The notes beneath the pieces are model-generated. The model searched no databases, was not told where the DNA came from, and worked only from the letters and a program-made list of their open reading frames with translations. The translations under genes were made by a program, and so were the position numbers. A stretch of 64,000 bases of DNA from Candidatus Marinacidobacterium sp. (GTDB lineage: Bacteria; Acidobacteriota; Vicinamibacteria; Marinacidobacterales; Marinacidobacteraceae): contig OZ252286.1 of the NCBI GenBank assembly GCA_965250045.1, forward strand, positions 2,034,355-2,098,354, given 5' to 3'. This document shows positions 39,708 through 49,158 of this stretch, one piece after another. Positions within the stretch are counted from its first letter, which is position 1; each line of letters opens with the position of its first letter.

Positions 39708-40655
39708 CTACAACCCGCTTCTCAGCGTCCGCTCCGCCCCCGAGAGCCCCGAAAGGTCCGGCACCACCAGGGTGCCCAGGCCCTCCGGGGTAAAGACCTC
39801 CAGCAGCAGGCTGTCGGGTGTTCCGGCGGGCAGCACATGGGCGCGCGCCACTCCCCCCTGTAGTGCGTTCCGGATGCAGGCCGCCTTGGGGAGCATCCCG
39901 GTGCGAATGGCGCCGGACTCCCGCATCCGATCGAGATCCGCGAGGTCGAGGAAGGAAACCAGGCTCTCCGGATCGCCGGGATCCGCGAGCAATCCCGGCG
40001 CCTCCCCGAGCAGGATCAGCTTCTCCGCGCCGAGCGCTACCGAAAGCGCCGAGGCGACGGTGTCCGCGTTGATGTTCAGCAGGGTCCCGGCCTCATCCGC
40101 CGAGATCGGGCTCACCACCGGCAGCGCGCCGATGCCGAGCAGCCGCTCCAGCAGCCCGCTGTCCACGCGGTCGATGTCTCCGACGTAGCCGTAGTCCACC
40201 GTCTCCTCGGCGGCCCCCTCGCCCACCCTCACCGGGGGCCGGCGGTGGGCCCGAATCAACCCGGCATCCACCCCGGAAAGCCCGATCGCCGGAAGGTCGA
40301 AGTCGCGGCAGGCGGCCAGGATGCGGGTATTGATCTCGCCGTTCAGCACCATGGTGGTGACCCGGAGCGCCTCGGAATCGGTGACCCGGCGCCCGTCCAC
40401 GAACCGGGAGCGGACCCCGAGCTTCCGGGCGAGTTCCGTGGACTGCGGGCCGCCGCCGTGGACCAGCACCACCCGGATGCCGAGTTCAAAGAGCAGCGCC
40501 ACCTGCTCCACGAGGTCGTGGATGCCCTCCTCCGCGGCGAGCACCGCGCCCCCGGTCTTGATGACGAACGTCTTTCCCCCGAAGCGCTTCAGGTAGGGGA
40601 CCGCATGCTTGAGCGCCCGAATCCGGATCTGCCGTTCGGCGGCGGTGCTCCTCAT
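39708..40655 (-). CDS. argB: Acetylglutamate kinase
   Basis: FVIKTGG.., VLVHGGGPQ, amino-acid-kinase fold; start trimmed to ATG MRSTAAE. Confidence 0.9.
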   Translation of the reverse strand: MRSTAAERQIRIRALKHAVPYLKRFGGKTFVIKTGGAVLAAEEGIHDLVEQVALLFELGIRVVLVHGGGPQSTELARKLGVRSRFVDGRRVTDSEALRVTTMVLNGEINTRILAACRDFDLPAIGLSGVDAGLIRAHRRPPVRVGEGAAEETVDYGYVGDIDRVDSGLLERLLGIGALPVVSPISADEAGTLLNINADTVASALSVALGAEKLILLGEAPGLLADPGDPESLVSFLDLADLDRMRESGAIRTGMLPKAACIRNALQGGVARAHVLPAGTPDSLLLEVFTPEGLGTLVVPDLSGLSGAERTLRSGL

Positions 40656-41650
40656 GCCAGCATCCGGTGAAGCGCCGCCATCTGGGCCCACATGCGGTTC
40701 TCCGCCTGCCGGACCACCGCGCTTCGCGGTCCGTCGAGAACCTCGCCCCGGACCACGACTCCCCGCCGCACCGGCAGGCAATGCAGGAACCGGCATTCGT
40801 CCCGGGCGCCGCCGAACCAGCCCTCGTCCACCGTCCAGCCGCCGAGCCCCGCACGCAGCGCCAAGTCGGCCTCGCGGTCCCCGTAGTGCCGCGTCGAGGC
40901 CCAGGATTTCGCGTAGAGCGCGTGCGCCCCCACCATCGCCTCGGCGGGATCGTCGCTCTCCCGCACCGATCCCCCCGACTCCCCGGCGAGGCGGCCGGCC
41001 TCCCCCATCACGCTCGCCGGCAGCTTGTAGCCCTCGGGCCGCACCACGGTGACCTCCATCCCCCGCATCGCCGCCATCCGCAGCGTGTCCGAAGGCACCG
41101 CGAGCGGCAGCGGGTCCGGGTGGTTCGCCCACGACAACACGAAACGCCCGCCCCGGGCGGGGATCCCCAGATCGTCGAGGGTACGCCAGTCGGAAATCGC
41201 CTGGCAGGGATGGCGCGCCGCCGACTCCATGTTCAGGAAGGGCTTGGAACAGAGCCCCCGGATCGTCTCGAAGCGCTCGTCGGCGAGATCCTGGGCGAGG
41301 TCGCGCTGCGCCGCGAACATCCGCACGCCGAGCGCGTCGCCGTAGGAAGCGAGCACCGGCACCGCCTCGGCGATGTTCTCGGCGGTCTCCCCGTCCATCA
41401 CCGCGTCCGGATCGAATTCCAGCTTGTGAATGAACCGGTCGGGGGCGATCACGAACGACCCGCCGCCGAGCCGGGTCATCGCCGCCTGGAAGGACGCCTG
41501 GGTGCGCAACGACGGATTCAGGAACAGCAGGGCGAGGACCTTCCCCGCGAGCGCCCGGGGTTCCGGCCGCTCCCGGAGCCGGGCGGCGAGCGCCACGATC
41601 TCGCGGATCCCGGCCGCCCCCAGGTCCTCCAGCTTGTGGATCTCACGCAT
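40652..41650 (-). CDS. argF: Ornithine / N-acetylornithine carbamoyltransferase family
   Basis: SLRT carbamoyl-phosphate motif and HCLP; start trimmed to MREIHKL; ATGA overlap with argB. Confidence 0.8.
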   Translation of the reverse strand: MREIHKLEDLGAAGIREIVALAARLRERPEPRALAGKVLALLFLNPSLRTQASFQAAMTRLGGGSFVIAPDRFIHKLEFDPDAVMDGETAENIAEAVPVLASYGDALGVRMFAAQRDLAQDLADERFETIRGLCSKPFLNMESAARHPCQAISDWRTLDDLGIPARGGRFVLSWANHPDPLPLAVPSDTLRMAAMRGMEVTVVRPEGYKLPASVMGEAGRLAGESGGSVRESDDPAEAMVGAHALYAKSWASTRHYGDREADLALRAGLGGWTVDEGWFGGARDECRFLHCLPVRRGVVVRGEVLDGPRSAVVRQAENRMWAQMAALHRMLA

Positions 41651-41661
41651 CGCCACGTCCC

Positions 41662-42822
41662 TCAACCCGGGATGTCCGCGAGCGCCGCGACCAGCGCATC
41701 CACGTGCTCGTCCTCCAGCACCAGCGGGGGCATGAGGCGGAGCGCCGCCGGGTCGGTCGAGACCCCGGCGAAGATTCCCCGCTCGAGGAGCGCGTCCCGC
41801 ACTTCCTTCGCGGGCCGGGAGCAGATCAGCCCGAGCAGGAATCCGCGGCCCTGCACCCGGCGGACCGGTCCCACCACCGCCTCGGCCCGGATCCGGTCCG
41901 AGAGCCGACGTACCCGCGAGAGCAGATCCTGCTCCCGGATCACCCGGATCACCGTGGCGATCAGCGCGCTCGCCACCGGAGCGCCGCCAAAGGTGGTGCC
42001 GAAGGACCCCATCGGAAGGCCTCCAGCCAGAGCCTCGCTCGCGAGCACCGCCCCCGCGGGAAAGCCGCCCGCGAGCGCCTTGGCGGTGGTCAGCAGATCC
42101 GGCCGGACCCCCGACCACTCGCAGGCGAAGGGCTTCCCGCTCCGGCCCATGCCGCACTGGACCTCGTCGAAGATGAGGAGGGCCCCGGCGGCGTCGCACG
42201 CCGCCCGCGCCGCGCGCAGAAAGCCGTCCGAAAGGTCCACGGCGCCGGCCATCCCGAGCACCGGCTCCATGATCACCGCCGCCACCCGGGAGTCCACCGC
42301 CGCGGTGAGCGCCGCCGCGTCCTCCCGCGGGACGGTGCGCACCCGGAACGGGGTCGCGGGGAAGGCGTACCACTTCGACGACCCGTCGGTCACCGCCGAC
42401 GCGGCGGAAGTCCGTCCGTGGAATCCGCCGGTGAGCGCAACCACCGTGTCCCGTCCCGGTGCGTCGCCCCTTTCTTGGGTGCGGAAGGCGAGTCGCAGCG
42501 CGTTCTCATTCGCCTCGGCGCCGCTGTTCACGAAGAAGGCGCGGTCGAGGCCGTCGGGAGCGAAATCCACGAGCGCCTCGGCGGCCGCGGCGCGCTCGGG
42601 ACTCGGAATCGCGGTGGTCTGGAAGAAGAGCCGCGAGGCGGTGGCCTCGAGACACTCCAGGATCTCGGGATGGCGGTAGCCCAGCCCGGCGACCGCGTGT
42701 CCTCCGTAGAAGTCGATGAGCGTCCGCCCGTCCTTGGTCTTCAGGCAGACGCCCTCTCCCGAAACCACCTCCAGCGGCAGCTGGGGGTACACCGGAAAAA
42801 GCGCGGGGGATTCGGAAGACAT
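41662..42822 (-). CDS. argD: Acetylornithine aminotransferase
   Basis: Class III aminotransferase (DEVQCGMGRSGK PLP-lysine region); start trimmed to MSSESPALF. Confidence 0.9.
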   Translation of the reverse strand: MSSESPALFPVYPQLPLEVVSGEGVCLKTKDGRTLIDFYGGHAVAGLGYRHPEILECLEATASRLFFQTTAIPSPERAAAAEALVDFAPDGLDRAFFVNSGAEANENALRLAFRTQERGDAPGRDTVVALTGGFHGRTSAASAVTDGSSKWYAFPATPFRVRTVPREDAAALTAAVDSRVAAVIMEPVLGMAGAVDLSDGFLRAARAACDAAGALLIFDEVQCGMGRSGKPFACEWSGVRPDLLTTAKALAGGFPAGAVLASEALAGGLPMGSFGTTFGGAPVASALIATVIRVIREQDLLSRVRRLSDRIRAEAVVGPVRRVQGRGFLLGLICSRPAKEVRDALLERGIFAGVSTDPAALRLMPPLVLEDEHVDALVAALADIPG

Positions 42823-42836
42823 GGGATTCAGGCGCT

Positions 42837-43928
42837 TCAGAGCCAGGCGGGAGCGGGCACCGTGAGCCCTATCTCTTCGGGAAAGCCCAGCAGCCGGTTC
42901 ATCCACTGGACGCCGCCGCTCGCGGCGCCCTTGCCGAGGTTGTCGAGGGCGGCGAAGGCGACGATGGTCTCGCCGTCGGTGGTGGCGCCCACCACGGTGG
43001 TCGCCGATCCCACGGTCTCCTTGAGCCGGGGAGCGGAAGCGATCCGCACGAGCGGCGCGCCTGCATAAAAATCCCGGTAACGGGCCTCGAGTTCGGCGCC
43101 GGTGACCGGAGCAAGACTCCGCAGAAAGACGGTGGCGTGGATGCCGCGGGCGAAGGGGCCGGAATGGGGGACGAAATGGACCCGGGCTCCGGGCTCGCCG
43201 GGGACCGCGAGCAGATCTTCCATCTCCGGAGCGTGCCGATGGGTGAGCGGCTTGTAGGAGAAGAGGTTGGCGTGCCGCAGCGGGTGGTGCGTCGTCTCCT
43301 TGGGCATGCCGCCCGAGCCGGTGCTCCCGGTGATGGCGGAGACCTGCAGATCGCGCTCGACGAGACCCCCACGCGCCAGGGGAGCGGCGGCCAGGGCCAC
43401 CGCGGTGGCGAAACAGCCCGGATGGGCGACCCGGCCGGGCGCTTTCCCGGTTGCGCCGCCGTTCAGTTCGGGGAGTCCGCAGGAGAACTCCCCGAGGAGA
43501 TCCGGCGCCGGATGCGGGATGCCGTAGATCTCGCGGTAGCGGTCCGGATCGGAGTGGCGGAAGTCGGCGGAGAGGTCCACCACCGGAAGCTCGCACGCGA
43601 TCGCCGCGGCGGCGTCGAGGAGCGCGGCCACCTGGGGCGCCGAGGTCTTGTGCGGGGCCGCGGAAAACGCCGCGAGGCCGGAGTGTTCGCCGGCGGCGCG
43701 CCGGAGGAACTCTCCGAGTTCGCTCGGCGCGGTGAACGTTTCTTCCGGGAAAACGGCGGCCAGGTTCGGGAACGACTCGGCGACCGCGAGGCCGGCGTGG
43801 CTCGCCGAGACCGCTCCCGCGAGCCGCATCCGGGGGTGTCCGGCGATCCAGCGGAGGAGTTCCCCGGCCACGTAGCCCGAGGCGCCGAGCACCACGGCCC
43901 CGATGGAGCGCTGGCCGTCCGCGGTCAC
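42837..43928 (-). CDS. argC: N-acetyl-gamma-glutamyl-phosphate reductase
   Basis: AVVLGASGYVAGEL NAD motif and catalytic PGCFAT; GTG start 43928 (no ATG available). Confidence 0.85.
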   Translation of the reverse strand: MTADGQRSIGAVVLGASGYVAGELLRWIAGHPRMRLAGAVSASHAGLAVAESFPNLAAVFPEETFTAPSELGEFLRRAAGEHSGLAAFSAAPHKTSAPQVAALLDAAAAIACELPVVDLSADFRHSDPDRYREIYGIPHPAPDLLGEFSCGLPELNGGATGKAPGRVAHPGCFATAVALAAAPLARGGLVERDLQVSAITGSTGSGGMPKETTHHPLRHANLFSYKPLTHRHAPEMEDLLAVPGEPGARVHFVPHSGPFARGIHATVFLRSLAPVTGAELEARYRDFYAGAPLVRIASAPRLKETVGSATTVVGATTDGETIVAFAALDNLGKGAASGGVQWMNRLLGFPEEIGLTVPAPAWL

Positions 43929-44401
43929 GCCCCGTTCCCTCCCAAACCGTTTGATCCGATCGCCGCCCGTAGCCGGTCGATGATGCCGCCCTGTCCCGAC
44001 TTGGTGTGGCTCGCGACGAAGATGGTGTCGTCGCCGGCCACCGAACCCGCCGCCTCCGGCCACCCCTCGGTGTCGATGGCGTGCGCAACCCGCTGCGCGC
44101 CGCCGGGAAGCGTGCGCACAACGACCAGGTGCGGTCCGGCAGCGGCGAAGCTCTCCACGAGTCCGGCCAGCCCGGGCAGCCCCGGCCGGCGGTCGGGTGC
44201 GATCCGGTAGTGGCCGCCGATCTTCCGGGCGCCGATGTCGCGGAGGTCCCGGCTCACGCAGGACTGGGTCACGGAGTGGCCGAACGCCTCCAGATGCGCG
44301 ACGAGTTCGGCCTGGGTACGCACCTGCGCCTCGAGCAGCGCGGCGCGCACCAGGGCCCGCCGCTCGGCGGCCTCGTCCGGCCGGGCGGTTCGTGTCGACA
44401 T
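43925..44401 (-). CDS. argR: Arginine repressor
   Basis: Winged-helix N-domain (QAELVAHLEAFGHSVTQSCVSRDLRDIG) and arginine-binding C-domain (GDDTIFV); 4-nt overlap with argC. Confidence 0.85.
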   Translation of the reverse strand: MSTRTARPDEAAERRALVRAALLEAQVRTQAELVAHLEAFGHSVTQSCVSRDLRDIGARKIGGHYRIAPDRRPGLPGLAGLVESFAAAGPHLVVVRTLPGGAQRVAHAIDTEGWPEAAGSVAGDDTIFVASHTKSGQGGIIDRLRAAIGSNGLGGNGA

Positions 44402-44432
44402 AATATGAGCAAGTTATACCATAAAGCGCGCA
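44402..44432 (-). promoter_or_regulatory. AT-rich operator/promoter immediately upstream of argR (ARG-box-like imperfect dyad)
   Basis: On the coding strand: TATGGTATAACTTGCTCATATT directly before the ATG; conspicuously AT-rich in a ~70% GC genome. Confidence 0.45.
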
Positions 44433-44579
44433 GGCTCGGGAACGCCGGCCAGTCCTCCCGGTGGGGGTCTTCCGACCGGTCCCGCGGCCCGCAGGGCCGC
44501 GAATCGCGAACCGCCACTCCCCGTGGGGCGTCGCGCTCCGCACCCCCCAACCCCCTCGCTATCCTCCCCTCCGTTCCCC

Positions 44580-45113
44580 GTGTCCGACGCCGACCGCGCC
44601 TCCGCCCGCCGCATCGTCCGCACCGCCTTCTTCATCGGCGGGGCGATCTTCGCCTTCATCATCTGGCAGCTCTACCTGCGGCCTCCCGCGACCTCGGTCC
44701 CCGAGTGGACCGCGTCGCTGCCCGCGCTGAACGCCGCCTTCAACGCGACAACCACCACGCTCATCTGCCTGGGGGTGCTCGCGATCAAGAACGGCCGGCG
44801 CCGGCTCCACGCCGGGTTCCAGATCACCGCGCTGGTGTCCGCCGGTCTCTTCCTCGCCGGCTATCTCACCTACCACCACTTCCAGGGCGATACCCCCTAT
44901 CCGGGGACCGGCTTTTTGCGCCCCATCTACTTCTTCTGCCTGATCACCCACGTCATGGCTTCCGCCGTCTCCGTGCCGCTCATCCTCACGACGGTGTCGT
45001 TCGCCGCGACACGCCGGTTTTCCTGGCACCGCCGCTGGGCGCGGGTTACGGTCCCCGTCTGGCTCTACGCGTCGCTGACCGGCCTCGTCGTCTACGCGAT
45101 GCTCCACGGTTGA
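44580..45113 (+). CDS. DUF420-family membrane protein (tentatively CtaM-like)
   Basis: Four hydrophobic helices; GTG start; divergent from argR. Confidence 0.65.
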   Translation: MSDADRASARRIVRTAFFIGGAIFAFIIWQLYLRPPATSVPEWTASLPALNAAFNATTTTLICLGVLAIKNGRRRLHAGFQITALVSAGLFLAGYLTYHHFQGDTPYPGTGFLRPIYFFCLITHVMASAVSVPLILTTVSFAATRRFSWHRRWARVTVPVWLYASLTGLVVYAMLHG

Positions 45114-45154
45114 ACGCCGTCCCCGCCCCCGAGCCCCACCCCAAGGAGTTCCCG

Positions 45155-45739
45155 ATGTTCCGATCCCTGTTTCCCGCGGCCCTGCTCGCCGCCCTGCTCG
45201 CCGCCCTGATCGCACTGCCGGCGGCCGCCCAGAGCCCGCAACCGCGAGGCGCCATAGCTGCGGAAGTCGGCGGCGCCACCGTCAAGATCGACTTCGGCCG
45301 TCCCGACCTCGGAGACCGGATGCTTTCCGAGCTGCTCACGATGCTCCCGGAGGACCGCGTGTGGAGGGCCGGCGAGAACCAGGTCACCATCCTCGAAACG
45401 TCGGAGCCCGTGATGATCGGAGGCGAAACCGTCCCGGCGGGCCGCTACAGCCTCTATCTCCATGTTCCCGCGTCGGGCGACTGGTCCTTGCTCGTGAACC
45501 GGAACCAGGGCATCCGGCTCGGCGATCTCTCGTCCCAGGCGCCGGAGGCCATGCACGACGAGATCTGGCCGATGGTCGCCAGATACGGCGCCATCGAGGA
45601 CGAGGAGCAGGCCCGGATCCCGCTCCAGGAGGCTACGGCCTCCGCCGACGGCAACATCTTCGAGATCGCCGTCGATGACGGAATGATCCGGTTCGACTGG
45701 GGCGGCACCGCCTACCAGACGACCTTCCGGTCTCCCTGA
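45155..45739 (+). CDS. DUF2911-like secreted protein
   Basis: Signal peptide MFRSLFPAALLAALLAAL; paralog at 46553..47125 (~75% identity). Confidence 0.75.
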   Translation: MFRSLFPAALLAALLAALIALPAAAQSPQPRGAIAAEVGGATVKIDFGRPDLGDRMLSELLTMLPEDRVWRAGENQVTILETSEPVMIGGETVPAGRYSLYLHVPASGDWSLLVNRNQGIRLGDLSSQAPEAMHDEIWPMVARYGAIEDEEQARIPLQEATASADGNIFEIAVDDGMIRFDWGGTAYQTTFRSP

Positions 45740-45774
45740 CGCCGTCCGCGGCGTTTCTGGCACCACCGTCAGGC

Positions 45775-46440
45775 GCGGGCTGAGCAGCCTGTGCACAAAG
45801 TCATGCGGCCCAGTTCTCCCGGTGGGGGCTCGGCCGGCGATCCATCCCGGCCAAACAGCCGGTGGTGAAACCCACGCGGCCCAGTTCTCCCGGTGGGGGC
45901 TCGACCGGCGATCCATCCCGGCCAAACAGCCGGTGATGAAACCCACGCGGCGTTCGACCGGCGATCCATCCCGGCCAAACAGCCGGTGATGAAACCCACG
46001 CGGCGTTCGACCGGCGATCCATCCCGGCTGAACCGAGTCGCTTCGCGCCGCTCGTCGTTGCGTTTCGGTCGGAATACACCAAGTATTCCTCCCTCACGCG
46101 CCTTGTCAGCCGGGCGCCTCCCCGGCCTCGGCGCTCACGTGGGTTCCACCACCGGCTGAACCGAGTCGCTTCGCGCCGCTCGTCGTTGCGTTTCGGTCGG
46201 AATACACCCGGGCCAGTTCTCCCGGTGGGGGCTCCTCCCTCACGCGCCTTGTCAGCCGGGCGCCTCCCCGGCCTCGGCGCTCACGTGGGTTCCACCACCG
46301 GCTGTTCACCGCGTCGCTTCGCGCCGCTCGTCGTTGCGTTTCGGTCGAAATACACTCGGTATTCCTCCCTCACGCGCCTTGTCAGCCGGGCGCCTCGCCG
46401 ACCTCGGCGCTCACGCCACTTTGTCCACAGGCTGCTAAGT
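45775..46440. repeat. Tandem array of family-B MITE fragments (3 x ~60-70 bp subrepeats then 3 x ~150 bp subrepeats)
   Basis: Repeated CCCAGTTCTCCCGGTGGGGGCTCG..., CGACCGGCGATCCATCCCGGCCAAACAGCCGGTGATGAAACCCACGCGG and GCTGAACCGAGTCGCTTCGCGCCGCTCGTCGTTGCGTTTCGGTCGGAATACAC blocks. Confidence 0.65.
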
Positions 46441-46441
46441 T

Positions 46442-46502
46442 TCCCGTCTGGCTTTGCGCATCCGTAGCCGGCCTCGCCGTCTACCGGGTGCTGGAGGCCT
46501 GA
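46442..46502 (+). pseudogene. Remnant of a DUF420 gene 3' end (duplicate of 45050..45113)
   Basis: Encodes ...PVWLCASVAGLAVYRVLEA* versus intact ...PVWLYASLTGLVVYAMLHG*; ~70% nt identity; followed by the DUF2911 paralog with the same spacing. Confidence 0.5.
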
Positions 46503-46552
46503 TCCGCAGTTCCGTCGCTCCAGACGGTCTCCCGGAAACCAAGGAGTTCTTG

Positions 46553-47125
46553 ATGTCCCGTATTTCCCTTCCAGCCGTTTTGCTTGCCGCCGCCATCGCG
46601 TTGCCGGCGGCCGCCCAGGACCCGAACCCCCGAGGTGCGGTGAAAGCCGATGTCGGCAGCGCCATGGTCTCGATCGACTACGGCCGCCCCGCGCTCGGCG
46701 ACCGGATGCTCGGCGACCTGCTCAGCATGCTCCCGGGAGATCGCGTCTGGCGAGCCGGCGAGAACCAGGTCACCATCCTCGAGACCTCGGCGCCGGTGAA
46801 GATCGGCAGCGAGACCGTTCCGGCGGGCCGCTACAGCCTCTATCTCCATGTCCCGGAGAGCGGCGATTGGCAGCTGCTGGTCAACCGGCACCAGGGCATC
46901 GCACTCGGCGAGCTCTGGTCCGAGGCGCCCGAGGCGATGCGCGCCGAGCCCTGGCCCATGCTCAGCGGATACGGCCAGATCGAGGATCAGGAGACGGCCC
47001 GCATCGGGCTGCAATCGGCGGACGCCTCCGGTGACGGGAACGTCTTCGAGATCAGCGCCGGAGACGGGATGATCCGCTTCTCCTGGGGCGGAACCGCCTA
47101 CCAGACGACGCTCGGCTCTCCCTGA
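46553..47125 (+). CDS. DUF2911-like secreted protein (paralog)
   Basis: Signal peptide; collinear identity to 45155..45739. Confidence 0.75.
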   Translation: MSRISLPAVLLAAAIALPAAAQDPNPRGAVKADVGSAMVSIDYGRPALGDRMLGDLLSMLPGDRVWRAGENQVTILETSAPVKIGSETVPAGRYSLYLHVPESGDWQLLVNRHQGIALGELWSEAPEAMRAEPWPMLSGYGQIEDQETARIGLQSADASGDGNVFEISAGDGMIRFSWGGTAYQTTLGSP

Positions 47126-47201
47126 CGGCGCGGCGCGGCTCGCTCCTCGGCCGCGTTCGGGAACGGATCGTGCGACAGCGCGTTTTGTCTTCCCGAAGCG
47201 C

Positions 47202-47846
47202 ATGGCGACTCTGAATCCCGCGATCCCCTTCGCCGCCTCCGGCCCGGGCGCCAGGGCGTTGGACTCGGACGCCGCGCTCATGGCGCGGGTCCAGGCCGGT
47301 GACCTCGACGCGTTCGAGCCCCTGGTCCACCGCTACGAGAAACGTCTGTTCGGGTATTTCGTGCACCTCGTCGAGGATCCGGCGACGGCCGCCGATCTGG
47401 CGCAGGAGACTTTCATCCGGGTCTACCGGGCCGCTCCGCGCTACCAGGAGTCCGGCCGATTCGAGTCCTGGCTCTTCCGGATCGCCGCCAATCTGGTGAA
47501 GAGCCGGCAGCGCCGTCCCGACCAGCGGATACCCCACCTGTCGCTCGAAGAGACGCCGGCCGCGGAGCGGGAACTTGCGGGCCGCAGCCCCGAGGGCCGT
47601 CCGGATGAAGCCGCCTGGCGGGCGGAACTCCGGGACGCCCTTCGAAAAGCGCTGCCCCGGGTGCCGCTCGTGTTCCGCGAGGCCGTGCTGCTCCGGGACG
47701 TGGAGGGATGGACCTACCGCGAGATCGCGGAGATGCTGGGCGTCGAGGAAGGAACCGTGAAGTCCCGCGCCCACCGGGGCCGGCAGCGCCTCAAGGAGTT
47801 GCTGGCCCCCATGTTCGACAAGAGCTGTTTCGAGGGAGTTTCCTGA
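47202..47846 (+). CDS. RNA polymerase ECF-type sigma-70 factor
   Basis: Region 2 (FEPLVHRYEKRLFGYFVHLV, ETFIRVY) and region 4 (REIAEMLGVEEGTVKSR). Confidence 0.85.
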   Translation: MATLNPAIPFAASGPGARALDSDAALMARVQAGDLDAFEPLVHRYEKRLFGYFVHLVEDPATAADLAQETFIRVYRAAPRYQESGRFESWLFRIAANLVKSRQRRPDQRIPHLSLEETPAAERELAGRSPEGRPDEAAWRAELRDALRKALPRVPLVFREAVLLRDVEGWTYREIAEMLGVEEGTVKSRAHRGRQRLKELLAPMFDKSCFEGVS

Positions 47847-48367
47847 TGTCCGGAAGACCCACCGATGACGAGCTGCGCGAGATGCTGCGAGCGCTGCCGC
47901 GTCCCGAACCGCCTCCCGGCTTCGCCGAGGAGGTCATGGCCCGCGTGCGGGCGGAAGGGCGGAGCCGCCGCTTCCGGCCCTGGCTGCTCGCCGCCGCCGC
48001 GGCGGCGCTGGTCGCCTCGGGACTTCTGGTCCGCTCCGTTTGGGACGGGGCAGGATCCGGGAACGAGGAAACGCTGGTAGCGACCGCCCCCGCGCCGGAG
48101 GCGGCGCTGGACGCGTTGGATGCGTTGGATGCCGCCGATCCCGACCGCCAGGAGTTCGAGGCGATCCTCGAGGAATACCGGCTCCTGGCCGAGGAACTCG
48201 AGGCGCTCCGGCAACTGGGTGGCGACTCCCCGAACGGACCGCTGATCCGGGTCGGCGGCAACGAGGACCTGGACCTGTTCCTGGATCTCGAGTCGTATCT
48301 CGGCCGCCCGTCCCGTCCTCCGGGCGCGTCTCTCGTGGTCCCCGCCGCAAACCGTCCCCGGCGGTGA
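47846..48367 (+). CDS. Putative anti-sigma factor (single TM)
   Basis: ATGA-type overlap (TGATG) with the sigma gene, short cytoplasmic N-terminus and TM segment WLLAAAAAALVASGLLV; position-based call. Confidence 0.55.
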   Translation: MSGRPTDDELREMLRALPRPEPPPGFAEEVMARVRAEGRSRRFRPWLLAAAAAALVASGLLVRSVWDGAGSGNEETLVATAPAPEAALDALDALDAADPDRQEFEAILEEYRLLAEELEALRQLGGDSPNGPLIRVGGNEDLDLFLDLESYLGRPSRPPGASLVVPAANRPRR

Positions 48368-48393
48368 CCGGCACCCTTCCAAAGGAGAAATCA

Positions 48394-49116
48394 ATGATGA
48401 CGACGAACCGCAAATCCTTCCGCGCTGCCGGTCTGGCGCTCGCCGCCGCGCTCGCGGTGCCGGCGTTCACCGCGGCCGCATCCTGGCCGGTGGGCGGAAG
48501 CCGCTACCAGATCCGCGTGCGCACCCCGCTCAAGACCCGGGTGGTGATGGGCCCGGTGGGACGCGGGTACCTGGGCGTCCAGATGCTGGACCTCACCGAG
48601 GAACTCCGCGAGTTCTACGGCGCCCCGAAGGACGCCGGCATCCTCGTGTCGCGGGTGGCCGACGATAGTCCGGCGGCCGCCGCCGGGTTCGAAGTCGGTG
48701 ACGTGATCATCGGGGTCGGCGGCGAACCGACGCATAACTCCCGGGATGTCATGCGCGAGGTGGCCCGGTTCGAGCCGGAAGACCAGGTCACGGTGGAGGT
48801 CATCCGCGCGGGTGCTCCCCTCACCGTGGACGCCACGCTCGGCGAACGGGAGGGAGGCGTGTGGTTCAGCCGTGGCTTCGAAGGGCCCGAATTCCGGGAA
48901 TTCCACTTCGAGATGCCTGAGATGCAGGGCCTCGAGGTGCTGCGGGACCTCCCGAGCACCATCAACGAGGAAACGCAGGAGGCGGTGCGGCAGGCGATCG
49001 AGGCAGCCCGCGAGCGCATGAGCGAAATCGATTTCGAGGGGCTTACGGAGCGCCTCGCGGCGACCGAAGCGCGCCTCCGCGAACTGGAAAAGAAACTCGC
49101 CGAACGCGAGCGCTGA
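48394..49116 (+). CDS. Periplasmic PDZ-domain protein
   Basis: Signal peptide; PDZ-like GYLGVQMLDLTEEL...GDVIIGVGG; RBS AAAGGAGAAA. Confidence 0.7.
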   Translation: MMTTNRKSFRAAGLALAAALAVPAFTAAASWPVGGSRYQIRVRTPLKTRVVMGPVGRGYLGVQMLDLTEELREFYGAPKDAGILVSRVADDSPAAAAGFEVGDVIIGVGGEPTHNSRDVMREVARFEPEDQVTVEVIRAGAPLTVDATLGEREGGVWFSRGFEGPEFREFHFEMPEMQGLEVLRDLPSTINEETQEAVRQAIEAARERMSEIDFEGLTERLAATEARLRELEKKLAERER

Positions 49117-49158
49117 GCAACCGCGGATCGCTGACTGGTGCAGTGGTCCGGGAGGCAA

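Noticed and set aside
40667-43068. Plus-strand ORFs 40667..42679 and 41704..43068 overlapping the arg operon
   Set aside because: Antisense to argF / argD / argC, which carry unambiguous catalytic motifs on the minus strand.
44006-45739. 577-aa plus-strand ORF spanning the argR region through the DUF2911 gene
   Set aside because: Only the last 194 aa (from ATG 45155) look like a real protein with signal peptide and a paralog; upstream part is antisense to argR/argC and in a different gene (DUF420) frame context.
45775-46440. Tandem repeat array considered as a CRISPR array
   Set aside because: Repeat units are contiguous with no unique spacers, periods are irregular (53-70 and ~150 bp), and the units match MITE family-B sequence found elsewhere; no cas genes nearby.
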